Source: Podarcis pityusensis
Taxonomy: Eukaryota
DNA length: 64,000 nucleotides
Direction: 5' to 3' (one strand)
Assembly: GCA_964106645.2 (NCBI GenBank)
Contig: OZ067043.1
Positions 40,136-53,305 of this stretch are shown here, in pieces (positions within the stretch are counted from its first letter, which is position 1; each line of letters opens with the position of its first letter). The notes under the pieces were generated by a model. That model saw nothing but the letters and a program-made list of their open reading frames with translations, did not search any database and had not been told where the DNA came from. Made by a program: the position numbers and the translations under genes.

Positions 40136-41494
40136 TTTACTAATTTCAGAAATTATTGGGGGGGGGGGAACCCAGCACCCAGGAATTTTAGGAGATCCTT
40201 CCCCCTGCAAACCCACATCAATAATCTATGAGCTAGAAGGGGTGGCCATTACTGTCTGGGATGCATAAATGAGGTAGCCTTTTTGGGATGGTATCTAACC
40301 CCAGTATCTAATTAGTTTTGGCCCGAGAGGGCTCAAACTGACTGGAAACCATTCATAACTTAGTAGCATCACTGAAGAGAGTTCCTTGTAAATCATGCAA
40401 AGGGGAAATCTTTTTTTTTTTAGGTTTGTCTTTGGAATAAAATTGTTCATTGAAACTGAGAAGTAGGTCTGTCTTCTGCATTTTATACACCCCGCTCCCT
40501 TCATTCAGCCTGCTATCTGACTTTAATCAGTGACAGCACATTTCTGTTGAGTTAATGTTCTTGGTATAAAGCAATACCACCCACCCACCCCACAGGAAAA
40601 AAAATCATCTGTCAGGACAGTTCCTTCCAATTACCTAGGCCTTAAAAATGGGGTGATTGCCAAGCAGGTGGAGAGAAAAGTGAAGTTCTGTTGTGCAAGA
40701 AGTCTACATACTTGCAGAGGCAATGAGACAAGGCTTTTATGGTGGCAGCAGAACAGTTGATCTTTTCTCTGAAGGTGGTACATGTAGCTGGTTCTCTTTC
40801 CTTTCCAGGAAAGAAGACACGCAGCTCAGTGTTCTGCTTCCAGAAATACTGAGCCGCTGCATGCTCACAGATCAGTCTTATCTGGAGCCAGTTCTTATAT
40901 GCCTTGGGTGAGCTGTTTTTTTCAAGCCTGTTTTACTGCATAGAAATTCTTACTGCCTGAAATGCCTTCTCCATGATTCCTAAATGCTTGAAGCAGCACT
41001 TGGTTTGTGTCAAAGGAAGAGCAGGACTACTGTATGGGGGATGCTTATTTGTTTGTATGGGGTATGTGACTTGTAAAGGCATAATAATGTTAATGGTTGC
41101 AGCTAATAAGCAACAATGAATGCTTCTGGTTTTAATATTTGCATTGTTTAATTCTTCTGACTGTTTAAATATGTATATGGTACCTTTGGTGACTGCATCA
41201 TTTAAAACCGCAGAGACTGAAACTGAAGAGATCTAATAAAGAACTTGTCAATAGGAGAAAAATCCTGATCATTCTTTTCCTTCAGGCCATTTTTCTAGGG
41301 AAAGTCTGAGCTAGCATAGCCTTGTTGCTTATCCACAGGATGGGAGCAAGAACTTGTTTAGGTACCTACTTTTCATCATCATAGTTCTATGCAAATTTTA
41401 TCTGGGCATAAAAATATACAAATTATGCTGAGCCATGCCATACCCTATCAAGTCTACCCAAGCCTCTTTCCGTTTCTGCCCCAACATCCCTAAC

Positions 41495-42103
41495 ATCTAA
41501 CTTCTAGGTTAGATTACTGTAATGAGTTATACATAGGGCTACCCTTGAAGATAGTTTGGAAACTGCAGCTGGAACAGAATTCAGCCAGATTGTTGACCAG
41601 AATTAAAACAGTCTGAATATATAACACCAATTCTGGCACAGCTGCAATTGTTACCAATTAGTTTCTGAGGCTATAAACCCCAATGCTTCAAGGACCGCTT
41701 CTCCCTACATGAAGAAACTCTACATTTTTCATCTGAGGCCCTTCTCTGAATACCTCCTTTGAGGGAGGTTTGGAGGCTAGCATCATGAGAACTGGCCTTC
41801 TCAGTGGTGGCTCCCCAGCTGTAGAGTGTTCTCCCCTGGGAGGCATGTCTGGTACTTTACTATCTGGTTTTAGGTGCCAGGTAAAAATATGTTTATTCAC
41901 ACAGGTCTTTGGAGTTCAGTCCTCAGCATATTTTTTAGTGGAAAGGGGATGAATTGGATTTGCTCTTTTATGCATATTATTGACAATGTTTTAGATTGTT
42001 TTTATTATGGTTTTAGATCTGTTTTTAATCTTTGCTTTTCTGTAAGTCACTTTCACTTTTCAGGCTTTTTTTTTTAAGAGGCTAACAAATATAATAATAA
42101 TAA
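41495..42103 (+). mobile_element. L2 LINE 3' fragment
   Basis: tctaggttagattactgtaat (SRLDYCN), gggctacccttgaag...aaactgcagctg (GLPLK..KLQL), ataacaccaattctg (ITPIL), gccttctcagtggtggctccc, (AAT)n tail. Confidence 0.82.
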
Positions 42104-43498
42104 ATTTGATCTGGCATGCTTCTGCGTCTTTGTTTTCCTCTTCACTCCCCACCCCCACCCCAAATGCTGCTGCCAGGACCAGTTCCACTTGCCATATTTG
42201 GTTATGTGTGTTGCTCTAAGCCAGGGAAGGTGAAAGTTTTTGAACCTGAGGACTACATTTCCTCATGGACAATCTATCAGAGACCACATTCCAGTGGTGG
42301 GTAGGGCCATAGGGAAAAACAGGCAGAGCAATGGCTGGGACTGCAGTTCAGCCATACGAATGTCAAACATACACACACACCACTCCCTCTTCAATCTCGG
42401 CAGGCAAGAGTGCAAGGGCACATTTCAAAATGGCAAAATAATATTATTTGCCCAACTGGCATACAGGGTGCGTGTGAAGTATGAACAAGAAAACACTGTT
42501 AATGAGAGTATTGCAACATTCACATCCTAACTGTAAAGGTGGAGAATTGGAAAATGCAAAGCACAATTGCTATAAAGGTACTATGTATTTGTGCATAATC
42601 CTAAGAAGCTGTGGTTTTCCACCACCACCTGGCACTGGTAGCAGTATGCTGAACATTTTCTTGCATTTTGCTTTGTCTTAAAAACAGGCTAATACTATCA
42701 AATTTGCTTGGTTCCTCTCACACCATTAAGTTTACTTTGCCCCTCCTCCACCCTATAAAGCTTTTGCCTTCAGGAATGTAAGCTTTGGCAACCAACAGAA
42801 TTAATAGAGCTTTCCTTCTAAGTGCTGCAAATTGTGTGTGTGTGAAAGTGGTGAATTGGATCATAATGACTTCGAGTGTACATTTCAGCACATTAATGCC
42901 TGAATGGATTTAAAAATCAACTAACGGTAACTTTATTCCTTCAGCAAATTCGGTTTTTTGCTTTTTAAAAAAAATAAAAATACTGAAAGTCTTCCCAAGT
43001 GTCTGCACATTCTGTATCCCCTTTAGGTATCTCGCAAGGTCACTTAAAGTCAGTAGTCTGGAAAGAGAGTGAGTAACTTCAATAGCAAAGCAATGACATT
43101 CCTGAGATAGCAGTTGGAAGACACCCTTTTGAAAGGTCTTTCCATTTTCTGTCAGCAAAAAAAATCTTCATTATAAAAGGCCACCTCCTTTTGTGAGGTA
43201 CATAACTCATTGAGGTGGATCTTCTATTACAATCCAGGTTTATCTTGAATCAGTCTATTAGTGGAGGACAGTTCCCTTGGTGAACAAGATGTATAAAAGT
43301 TGTGAGGAATAATTGAGATATAAGGAAACACATACTTGTAATTTGTGATAGCCGCAGCTTGAGTAGGGATTTTTTTTTTTAAAGGCTGTGCTCAAGTCTT
43401 GCATTTTACAGGTAGTTTCTCTCTCCGTAACACACAGGTTGAAAGATTAATGGGAAGAAATGAATGGATTTAGACTTTCAGAAAAGTTCAGTTTAGTC

Positions 43499-43755
43499 CA
43501 TGGGTAGGCAAACTAAGCACTGGGGGCCAGATCCAGCCCAATCGCCTTCTAAATCCAGCCCGCAGACAGTCCGGGAATCAGCGTGTTTTTACATGAGTAG
43601 AATGTGTTTTTTATTTAAAATGCATCTCTGGGTTATTTGTGGGGCATAGGAATTTGTTCGTTTTTTATTTTATTTTTTCAAAATATAGTGCGGCCTCCCA
43701 CAAGGTCTGAGGGATAGTGGACCGGCCCCCTGCTGAAAAACTTTGCAGACCCCTC
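43499..43755. mobile_element. hAT-Charlie MITE, OposCharlie1 (OC1)-like
   Basis: Perfect 8-bp TSD gtttagtc (43491-43498, 43756-43763); TIR-like ends; subterminal ggtctgagggatagtggaccggccccctg resembles OC1-type non-autonomous elements. Confidence 0.85.
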
Positions 43756-43998
43756 GTTTAGTCCCATATATATATCCTGCATAAGAATGAGGATTGATAA
43801 TTTTCCTGCTGAAACTTTTTGCACCTTTTGTTGTTGTAGTCTAGCTGATTGTTTTTACAGCTTTTGTAATGCCAGCATCACATTTAAGGTTCTGTAAATT
43901 CCCCCAGCCTCTTGCCAGTGACAGGTTCTCCACACTTTCAGCAGAAGCCTGCTTTCTGGGAGACCCAACTTGTGGGAGGGGTGGTTTCTTTTACTTAT

Positions 43999-44147
43999 TA
44001 GAATCATAGAATTGTATAATTGGAAGAGACCGTGAGGGTCATCAAATACAACCCCCTGAAATTCAGGAATCTTTCTCCCAACGTGGGGATTGAACCCACA
44101 AGCCTAAGATTAAGAGTTTCAGGCTCTACTGGCTGAGCTATTCCAGG
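43999..44147 (-). mobile_element. tRNA-Lys-derived SINE with CR1 tail (Squam2-like)
   Basis: Reverse complement: tagctcagccagtagagcctgaaactcttaatcttagg...gggttcaatccccacgttggg head with CTT anticodon loop, then tcttccaa...attctatgattcta tail. Confidence 0.88.
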
Positions 44148-44894
44148 AATGTCCAGCATACTGCTGCCTTCTGTAAATCCCCATGGAGAACTTGCCCCTT
44201 CTTTCAAAGAAGGAAGAGAAAGAAGCCACATCTCCTTTATATGCACGCGCACACAGAGTTTTCAATGGACTAAAGGATTGTGGGCTTTTGCAAGAAGCAA
44301 CAGAAGAAGCTCAGTGGGTAATGTGGGGATGGAAAAGAGGAATAGTATCTCTCTCTCTCCTTCTTGCAAAAACCCAGCGTGCAGCAAAGAAAAACATTGT
44401 TTCGCTTTCTCAGGAAGAACATTTGCAGAAATTTCCAGAATTACTTTTGTGCTGCTGCCACTGCTCAGAAAAGCTCACTCAAGAGTTCTCAAAGAGCTCA
44501 AATGTGAAATAGCTGATCTTCTAACTTAACCCTCAGAGAACAGCCTCCATACTTGAGGATTGGAATGTAGTAGCCAAAATTGTGGCCCCCAGGTCCTAGC
44601 ATTCTGCAGATGAAACCTGGGTGCATTTGTAGGTCTCCGGAGGAGTTAAGCTCTTGAAAAGTATTTAAACACGAGAATACTTCATGCATTCTAATTAGGA
44701 GTTAAGTCAACATTGCGGGGGGGGGGGGTAGTAGGGAAGAGTGCAGTAACTCCACCACTTCCTCAAACTCACAGAAGGTAACAGGGCCTTCTGTACTTGT
44801 GGAGGCTCCCCATACATTTTAGAACTTGGATTTTCCAGGATTTTCAAATGCACACAGAGCCTCTATAAGTACCGAAGGTTTCCCTTTGCAGATA

Positions 44895-45119
44895 GAGTGG
44901 TACCTCTAGTTACGAACTTATTTCGTTCTGGAGGTCCGTTCTTAACCTGAAACTGTTCTTAACTAGAGGCGTGCTTTCGCTAATGGGGCCTCTTGCTGCT
45001 GTTGTGCCGCCGGCACACGATTTCTGTTCTCCTCCTGGGGCAAAGTTCTCAACTCGAGGTAACTCTTCCAGGTTAGCGGAGTTTGTAACCTGAAGCGTTT
45101 GTAACTCGAGGTACCACTG
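44895..45119 (+). mobile_element. Tigger/pogo-like MITE, main family, copy 4
   Basis: TA|gagtggtacctctagttac...gtaactcgaggtaccactg|TA. Confidence 0.9.
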
Positions 45120-45633
45120 TAATCTCTCTCTACAAGTTGGAGAGCGATCAGAATGGTGATGCAGGCAGAGCTAGTGAGCTTGTCCCCACTTCCCTCCCCC
45201 ATATGTTTGCTTCACTCCTAATTATAATACACGAGGGGGAGTAGTGAGTATGAGGAAGGTATGTTTGTCATTTAAGAGCCATAACCATTCATTCTAGAAT
45301 TTAATCTCTGACTCCCCTTTGTTTACTTGTCCCTAGGCTATTAGGAATCAGCTTTAAGTTCTAGAGTACATCTTTTTATTGTCCCTCAATTCCATTTTTC
45401 AGCTTTTAAACAGCGGCTCCTTGGCACTGCAGGAACAACCCTGCTGCAGTCTTGTCTTTCTTGGCTCATATACTCAGTAAGCATTCAGCACTCACATGGG
45501 GCAGAGGCTGCAGTATATATGCCCATATGGTAACATTGCAAACATGTATGGGGAGGAAACAGAAATTAAAAAAACAAAGCAGCTGTGGAGGCATCTTGCT
45601 TGCTTGATCTCTGCATCACTGACTTGTGTGAAA

Positions 45634-45998
45634 CCTGGAGAAGAGGAGGTTAAGGGGTGATATGATAGCCATGTTCAAATATATAAAAGGATGTCACATA
45701 GAGGAGGGAGAAAGGTTGTTTTCTGCTGCTCCAGAGAAGCGGACACGGAGCAATGGATCCAAACTACAAGAAAGAAGATTCCACCGAAACATTAGGAAGA
45801 ACTTCCTGACAGTAAGAGCTGTTCGACAGTGGAATTTGCTGCCAAGGAGTGTGGTGGAGTCTCCTTCTTTGGAGGTCTTTAAGCAGAGGCTTGACAACCA
45901 TATGTCAGGAGTGCTCTGATGGTGTTTCCTGCTTGGCAGGGGGTTGGACTCAGTGGCCCTTGTGGTCTCTTCCAACTCTATGATTCTATGATTCTATG
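45634..45998 (+). mobile_element. CR1 LINE, 5'-truncated 3' end (young)
   Basis: Intact ORF2 C-terminus LEKRRLRGDMIAMFKYIKG...RTRSNG.KL...RKNFLTVRAVRQWN.LPR.VVESPSLEVFKQRLD; (ATTCTATG)n tail. Confidence 0.96.
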
Positions 45999-46397
45999 AA
46001 CTATAGGAGGGAAGCACAATCCAGAAATCCCTCTTGTTTTTGTGGAAAGAGTCCTGCAAACCCGGGCCCAGAAAATTAAAGAGAATTTAATTACTTTTTT
46101 CTAACAGCTCGGTTTATTGTTTCCAAACTATGTCTAGCGCTGTTTTGAGTTTCTCTTACGATTAGTGGGTAATGCACGGCAACTCAGTACATATCTCTCT
46201 AACAATTTTTTCTGCAGTCTTTTCTTCACAAAGCATTTAATTTGCACCCGTCTGGCCATTTACATATTTTGAAGCCTACGAAACATATTTGTTGAATTAG
46301 AGGAATTACATGGCCCATATAGTCTTTATGTATAAAATAAATTCATGTGTACATCCTCAAAACTTCCTTTCTCTTTACGATGGAAGGCTCAGCTAGT

Positions 46398-46856
46398 TGT
46401 CAGGGACTGGGCAGAGGAGGCGGAGTGGTGGAGACTGCACCCCCATCCTGACCCTTCCAGGGAGGGGGAAGAGGAAAACAAGATAGATTTACAACAGTGG
46501 TTTGTGGGAGGTCACAGCTCAGAGGCAGATGCAGGGAAAAGTTGGGAAATAATGGGAGAGGAGGAGCAGGCAGAGCCAGAGCAGCAGCTGGCTGACACGT
46601 CGTCACTAGAAAGCATTCCAGACCCACCATCTCCCAGAACCTGGCGAGCCTTAAAAGTAGGAGAGCAAAGAGCTCAGAGGGTACTTAGCCAGCATCCATA
46701 GAGGAGATGATGATGAATCAGGAAGTGGGAGAGAAGGGAGTGGAGATTCACTCGGAACAATGCCATTATCCAAGAGGCTGGGTTCTATAGACTCTCTCTG
46801 TAAAGTTTGAAATAAAAAAGGACTGTAAGAAACTTTCCCTTGTCTTTATGCTGACA
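46398..46856 (+). mobile_element. Solo LTR (Gypsy-like)
   Basis: TGTCAG...CTGACA inverted termini, AATAAA at 46811-46816; no matching TSD seen, so the 3' end is uncertain. Confidence 0.6.
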
Positions 46857-46899
46857 GCACCCTGGCAAGAGTTTGGAGATGCAGTGCCTCAGGATTCCA

Positions 46900-47469
46900 C
46901 CAGAGTGCTGAACTGCAGCCTCCTTCTGATTGGCTGTGGTTACATCTAGCCAGAGGTGGGTGGAGTCAGCAGGAAGGGAAAAGGGAAAGCATTAGAGAGG
47001 GGAGAGTTGACGTTCTTGGTGTTCAGCTGGGTAAGAGCATAGCTCCCTGTGCGTGTGTGCGTGTGTAAAATTCACTCTGAGGAAAATATCTGTAGCCAGA
47101 GAACGAAGTCTCTGAGCTTAGTTTGAAAGACAGTGGTTAGTGTTTTTTAAGAGTATTCAGACAAGAGAAGTAGAAGTTTGAGGGAACACTTGACTTGGGT
47201 CTCATTTCAGTCAGAAGGGGAGTGATATTCTGGAAAGAGGAGAATCCCAAACTAGTAAGTAGGGGTGTGGTGATCCCCTGGGTCTGTTATACTGCTAGAG
47301 GAGCCTCAGGAGTGTGATTTATTGAAGGTGTGTGACAGAAGGCACCACCTTGTTTAAAATTCAAAGTATTAAGCTGTAACACCTATACAGTTAAGGAACT
47401 GAAGTAAAATAACTGAAAAGAAGCTGTGCGATTACCACCTTGTTTAGAAGCCTGTTAACATCCACTAAA

Positions 47470-47508
<39 letters not shown>

Positions 47509-47681
47509 AAAGATTTCTATCAACTGACATCTTTTGTTTTACCAGTTTTGTTCTGTAAAATAAAGCTTTCCCCCCTACTTAACTTACCTAAGTCTCCCAA
47601 GTACCAGAGTTTTCTTTAGAAAAACAGAAATTAAGCAGTAGTTAAGAGGGGGTTCGCCTCAATCTTACTGTATGGTTCACA
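46900..47681 (+). mobile_element. Possible second LTR-like repeat
   Basis: ctgattggctg (CCAAT box, antisense), AG-rich body, AATAAA near 47559, ends ...ggttcaCA; 5' boundary unclear. Confidence 0.35.
47475..47505. repeat. (CA)n microsatellite
   Basis: Perfect dinucleotide run. Confidence 0.95.
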
Positions 47682-49224
47682 TTTTTAAAAATAGATGTTT
47701 AAAATTGATTTTCAAAGAACATACAGATATCCCCCCTCTATAATAAGCACACCCCACCCCTCCTTCCTTCCCTAAAATACAAAGTTCATGGGAAGACATT
47801 ATTCCAAAATTGTAAACGTGAGTTGGGCACATGCCACTGTAGTTGGTGTTCTGTTGAATATATGATGAAGCAATATCATGCCTCTATAAAATCGTAGCAA
47901 GAAATTCAGTTTTTATACAGGTTCTGTGCCCTTTATGGCAAACTGGTTTGCTATAGCCATGGTTTGGAACCTAAGCAATAGTTTCGATTTGCAAGTATAT
48001 AGGAACTGTTTTCATTTTCTTCTCCTCAGCTCTCCTGTTGGTAAGTTGCAATGGCCTCGGGAGCCATAACTATGGTTTGTTCCTAGCCATGGTTTGAAGT
48101 GATGTTTGAACTGAGCAATGGAATACATAGCTGGAATATCGCTATTAGCCATGCATGCTTCAGTTCTTTCAAATGATGTAGACGACTATGATACACCTTG
48201 ACAAACTGTAGCACAGAATTAGTTCTTTCACAGGAGATCCCTGGCTTTGAATACAAACAATCTTTGGGATTTCAGTATCTGCTTAGTAATGTGTTGCTGT
48301 TATCTATATCACTGCAACATTTTTGAGTGCATTCAGATCAGGGAGAAGAAAATAGTGGGATGAGAGGAAAAATGGGAATTAAATCTAATAGTCATAAGAG
48401 GCATCATTCATTGCTTACACACGAACTGATCATATATCATGTCAGGATCAAGGTGAGAGAGGCAGTTTTATGACATTTTAAAGGATTGTTTCATGAGAAA
48501 GCTGCTTCCCTCTGCTAGAGGTGTGGTTTTGTACCGATCAATCAGTAATCCCTGATGAGAGTTGAGCTGCTGGACTTATTCTAAATATTGTATGCATTCA
48601 TTTAAAGGAGGTGATATACAGACCACAGTTTCCTTACCTCTCAAATTAAAGGAGTGGGAATGGACTTTGTATGAGAGGGTGTACTCTGTAGTTGTTGCTG
48701 TCTAGTATGCGGTGCTGATGATGGGAAGGTTCAGATACCCAAGGGGATGAATGCTTTCCAGCCTAACTTCACAGCTGCTTAACAAAGCTTTCTTCAGGAA
48801 TTGTGCCAGGGGAAAACTATTGCCTGCTGGGCAATAACCACTTTGAAAAGACAATCTCTACAGGAATAAATACTGTCTTTGAAGAGGACCTCGGCATCAC
48901 AGATAGCATGTCTTTCTCACAGTACTCTTCCCCAGGCTGGTCTTGCTGCATTTTGTGAATCCCACAAAATGTAATTGCAGCCTTTATCCTAAGCTATTGA
49001 ACAGAGCAGGTGGAACTGGACAAGGTGTGTTTTTTAGGGGTTTTCTTTTTTCTTTTTCTTTTTTGGAGGAGCAAGTTTTAGGTGTTTATTTTTTATATTA
49101 AAAAGTTTGTGTTTTAAATGTTCGTTCCAGTATTTCTGGTCTCTATTAACACTGTGCCATACTGCTTGCTTATATATTATTGCCTTCCCCGAGTTGGTTA
49201 CAGGGAAAACAGAAATTCTTTGTT

Positions 49225-49545
49225 ACAACAGCTCCACTGGCTCCCGGCCCATTTCTGAGCACAGTTCAAAGTGCTGGTTATGACTTCCCAAGCCCTATAA
49301 CGGCTTGGGTCCAGGCTATGTGAAGGATCGTATATGAGCTTGGCCAGGCTTCAGATCTTCTGGGGAGGCCTTTCTTTCAGTGCTGTCACCCTCATAGGCA
49401 CATTTGGTGAGGGCACAAAAGAGGGCCTTCGTGGTGGCTGCTCCTAGATTGTGGAACTCTCTTCCACAGGAGGGTATGCTAGCTTCCTCTCTGTTTTCTT
49501 TTCACAGACAAACAAATGGTTTTTTGTTCCGACAAGCCTTTGTTC
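49225..49545 (+). mobile_element. L2 LINE 3' fragment
   Basis: caacagctccactggctcccg (QQLHWLP), ttcaaagtgctggttatgact (FKVLVMT), ggcttgggtccaggctat (GLGPGY), agggccttc..gctcctagattgtggaactct. Confidence 0.82.
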
Positions 49546-50749
49546 ACTAGCTGTCTGTTGTGGCAGGATCTTCTGGGGTGGACATTGTACAGTGTGTGCA
49601 TTTGTGTGCTTTTAAATGGATGTAAGTGTTTTCAGTGGTGGTGTTGTCCCCCCTCCCCCAAAATCACCTTTCATCTGCGGATCACATGGCAGTTTACAAT
49701 ATAAAAACACAAAATACAAAGCATAGTAACAAGCAAACAAGTAACTCCCGAAGTTTAAAAGGTCATATATTGTTTAATTAGCCAAGGGACTAGGAGAAGA
49801 ATTTTTAATAGGGTTGTATTTAATTATGTGTGTGTATGTATATTTTTATTTATATAAATATAAAAGTGTGTGTGTGTGTAGGTGGTTTCCTTGAGAGACT
49901 TGCACCCAATTTGCTGGAGTAGTACCTGAGCTTTTTCAGCCTTCACTACTGTTACTTTTTATTTCGCACTTCTTCATTTATCCATTTTAAAACAAGAGTA
50001 TGGAAGGTTGCTGACTGACAGCATGTGTGACTAATACTTAGTGGGCAGTGTTGGGAGTGGCTGTCTGCTAACAGCAGAGTTGAATGGAAATGGTATCTAA
50101 TCTATACAATATACATAAGGGAAGGGAGAAATGACCAATTTTGAGATGCTGAATCTATGGCTTTGGCAGTTTTCCAGTCAAATACGATCTTGGAATAGAT
50201 GATATGGTTACATTATTGTTGACAAGTTAATATACAGAGCAGGATATATATATATATATATTGCCAGCACTGCAGTAACTCTGTTGGCATTGTTCTCTAA
50301 TTATATCTTGATGAGCAACCTTTTCTGTCTCTTCCCCCTAGTATTGCCAAACTGTGTTCCCGTTATAGTGCCTCTGCACTGTGCAGTGGGTGTAAGCTCA
50401 TTAATTAAATGGCTATATTCTCATTTCCTCTACTTGTGTAATACACAGGCTGATTGGTATCTACTTTGGACAGTATATGCTGATCTTATTGTTCCCTTTC
50501 ACACAATTTCTCACATGGCCCACCATGTGTACGTTCCTGACATGGTCAAAGTTTAATGATTAATAATTAAGAATAGCTATTTCAACATATTCCTCAGGAT
50601 CATTAGACAATGCCACTTGCCCTCTCAGTAGGATATAAAAGGGAAAGTATAAAGCTGATTTCTTCCTTCAACACCAGGTTTCTCACATAGTGTGTTGGAC
50701 TTCATTGTTAGCCTCTATCTCTCTCCGGGCATTATACTTACAGTTAAGG

Positions 50750-51950
50750 AATACACATGAGTGGGACTGGGTCAAGTACCTCCTCTCCCTGGCACCCATG
50801 TGCACAATGCAAATGTCTGAAGGGAGGGAGCCTTCCTAGGTACATGTTTCTCTGCAATCTGGAACCCCGAGGGGTTGGATTCCAAGTCATGGTGAAGCTA
50901 GTACACAAAATGGCTCATTCCCTTCAGTTGTGTGGGCTGTATGCAAGGATGCCAGGGCAAGGAGCTATGTGGCATGGCCCCAGACATGGTGAATTTTGTC
51001 TCCTCTTTCTGCCTTGACATAGTCTCCTCAGGAATTGGGAAACAGTGAGTTGAACTTCCAAGTTGCTTGCTTGAAAACTTCAGCCTGTTTCCCCTCCTGC
51101 TCTCCCAAGCAGGGAATAATACTCAGTTTTTGTTGTTGTTTAGTTGTTGAGTTGTGTCCGACTCTTTGTGACCCCACTGACCAGAGCACGCCAGGCACTC
51201 CTGTCTTCCACTGCCTCCCACAGTTTGGTCAAACTCATGCTGGTAGCTTTGAGAACACTGTCCAGCCATCTCGTCCTCTGTTGTCCCCTTCTCCTTGTGC
51301 CCTCCATCTTTCCCAACATCAGGGTATTTTCCAGGGAGTCTTCTCTTCTCATGATGTGGCCAAAATATTGGAGCCTCAGCTTCAGGATCTGTCCTTCCAG
51401 TGAGCACTCAGGGCTGATTTCCTTCAGAATGGATAGGTTTGATCTTCTTGCAGTCCATGGGACTCTGAGTAGCATAGCCCAAAAGGTCTATGCAGTGTAA
51501 GGGACCACCAGTCCTTGAGTGTGCCCAGAAACTAGTGTAGCTGAGAAATCCAACTAAGTGGTTCATTCAAAAGGAATATTAGGACTGGTCCTGCACTAGG
51601 GGAAACTAACAGTAAATCTTGTTCTCCATGGTCATATGGTGTTGGTAGTTTCTGGCATGATGAGGGGACAAAGGGGTCAAAACAATGTTGGCCACAGTCC
51701 TGTTTTAATGGCTCTTCATCCAGGGTTTTGATTGGCAGGAGGCTCTGTCGAGCCATTCAGATGAGCAAAACCTGATAACCAGGAAAATGATGAGGAGCTA
51801 AAGAATGAAGTGAGCAGGCTGGCCATGGCTGGGAGGTGGAGGATGTCCACATGCCAATTACTTCCTGATTTGCCCCTTGTGAGATGACAGGCCTGTGTAT
51901 ACTTGGACATGACTGAGGACTAGAGGTACTGGGCAGTTCTGTAGTGACAG
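50750..51950 (+). mobile_element. Possible decayed DIRS RT/RNase H remnant interrupted by Bov-B
   Basis: Only weak motif traces (DNV-like acaatgttgg, LSR-like gtgagcagg); flanks of the Bov-B appear continuous. Confidence 0.3.
51127..51466 (-). mobile_element. Bov-B (RTE clade) LINE, 5'-truncated
   Basis: ORF 51140-51475 RVPWTARRSNLSILKEISPECSLEGQILKLRLQYFGHIMRREDSLE.TLMLGKMEG.RRRG.QR.RWLD is the Bov-B C-terminus; (CAA)n tail. Confidence 0.96.
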
Positions 51951-53087
51951 ACGTGGGTAGGACAGAGCCACACCACAGGCTTCATTTTTCCCCCCAGACT
52001 GGGGCAAGTTAATACATGTGACCTTTCCTTTTGTGCAAATAACCCTATTCAACTTCTCATTTAGCTCTTCTATCAGCTACTCAAGTGTAGTGACTCTCTT
52101 ACGTGGTTGTTTGAGGATATATTTTGGTCTTCAGTTTAGAGATGCACTTGAGGAATAACTGCTGTCCTGCGAGGAGATTTCTTATTTTCTGCCTGAATTC
52201 CCAAACTCTGCATTTCTCTTTCACAGCATATCTCTTCTTTCACTTCCATTTTTGGTGAGATTATTTATTGTTTCTGAGTTTGCGGAGGAGGTGCTTGATA
52301 CTTCTCCAATCCAGCCTTAGAATAATGTGCCATTTTATCAAAAAGAAGCCAGAATTTCAAACAAATTTGTGCACATTCGTTTATTCATTTTAATTTGTAG
52401 TTTCATGGTAAATAGAATCCAGGACCCTGTCATTTATCAGAAATTAAGTCCTAAATGCAGCTATTCAGAAGAGTTAGCCATGACAGATGAAAGAATTTTA
52501 GTGTTTAGGATTTTGCATTTTCTGTAATCCTGAAAGTCAGAAGCAGAATGGCTCCTGCTTGACATTTCAAATGTTTTTGGAACATAACCCACTTAAAACC
52601 AATCCATACTTTACTACTACTTCTGAAAAAAAAAATCAGGTACAAGAAATACTCAAGTTAAGTGGCAAGATACAAATATGATATAGCTGACTACTGCATA
52701 CACATTTAAATGGACAAGTGGGCGGCTTAATCTTTTCTTCCTTGCTGGGAAACCTGTCTTTTAACTATGACTGTAGAACGCACTATTGGTGGTGCTAGAT
52801 GCATGCTTTGTCTTCTAAGCTTCGGTGCTTTTTATTCCAAAGCTCAAAGTATAAGGTATGAATTGACTTGCAGATCCAGAAGTCAGATGATGCCCCAGAG
52901 AGTAAGAGGATGCAGAGGTTGAAACAGGAAGATAATTTGGCATATGGGGTAGGAAGCCAATTTAAGTAATAAGGATATTGATGTTGCATCTAAATGTGCA
53001 GGATTCACACATGGTTGGCAACATTTTCTGTTGATTTTATTTTATTTTTATTTCCCCCCGTCCTATCCCAAGGGCACAATGCAAGTA

Positions 53088-53305
53088 CATTGGTACCTCG
53101 GGTTACAGACGCTTCAGGTTACAGACTCTGCTAACCCAGAAATAGTACCTCAGGTTAAGAACTTTGCTTCAGGATGAGAACAGAAATTGCACAGCGGTGG
53201 CAGTGGGAGGCTCCATTAGCTATAGTGGTACCTCAGGTTAAGAACAGTTTCAGCTTAAGAACAGACCTCCAGAATGAATTAAGTTCTTAACCTGAGGTAC
53301 CACTG
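53088..53305 (-). mobile_element. Tigger/pogo-like MITE, main family, copy 5
   Basis: TA|cattggtacctcgggttacag...taacctgaggtaccactg|TA; same orientation as copy 1. Confidence 0.92.

Noticed and set aside
44065-44147. tRNA-Lys(CTT) gene
   Set aside because: Stems are degenerate and it is fused directly to a CR1-type tail, so it is a SINE head. The same applies to 29128, 21394 and 13474.
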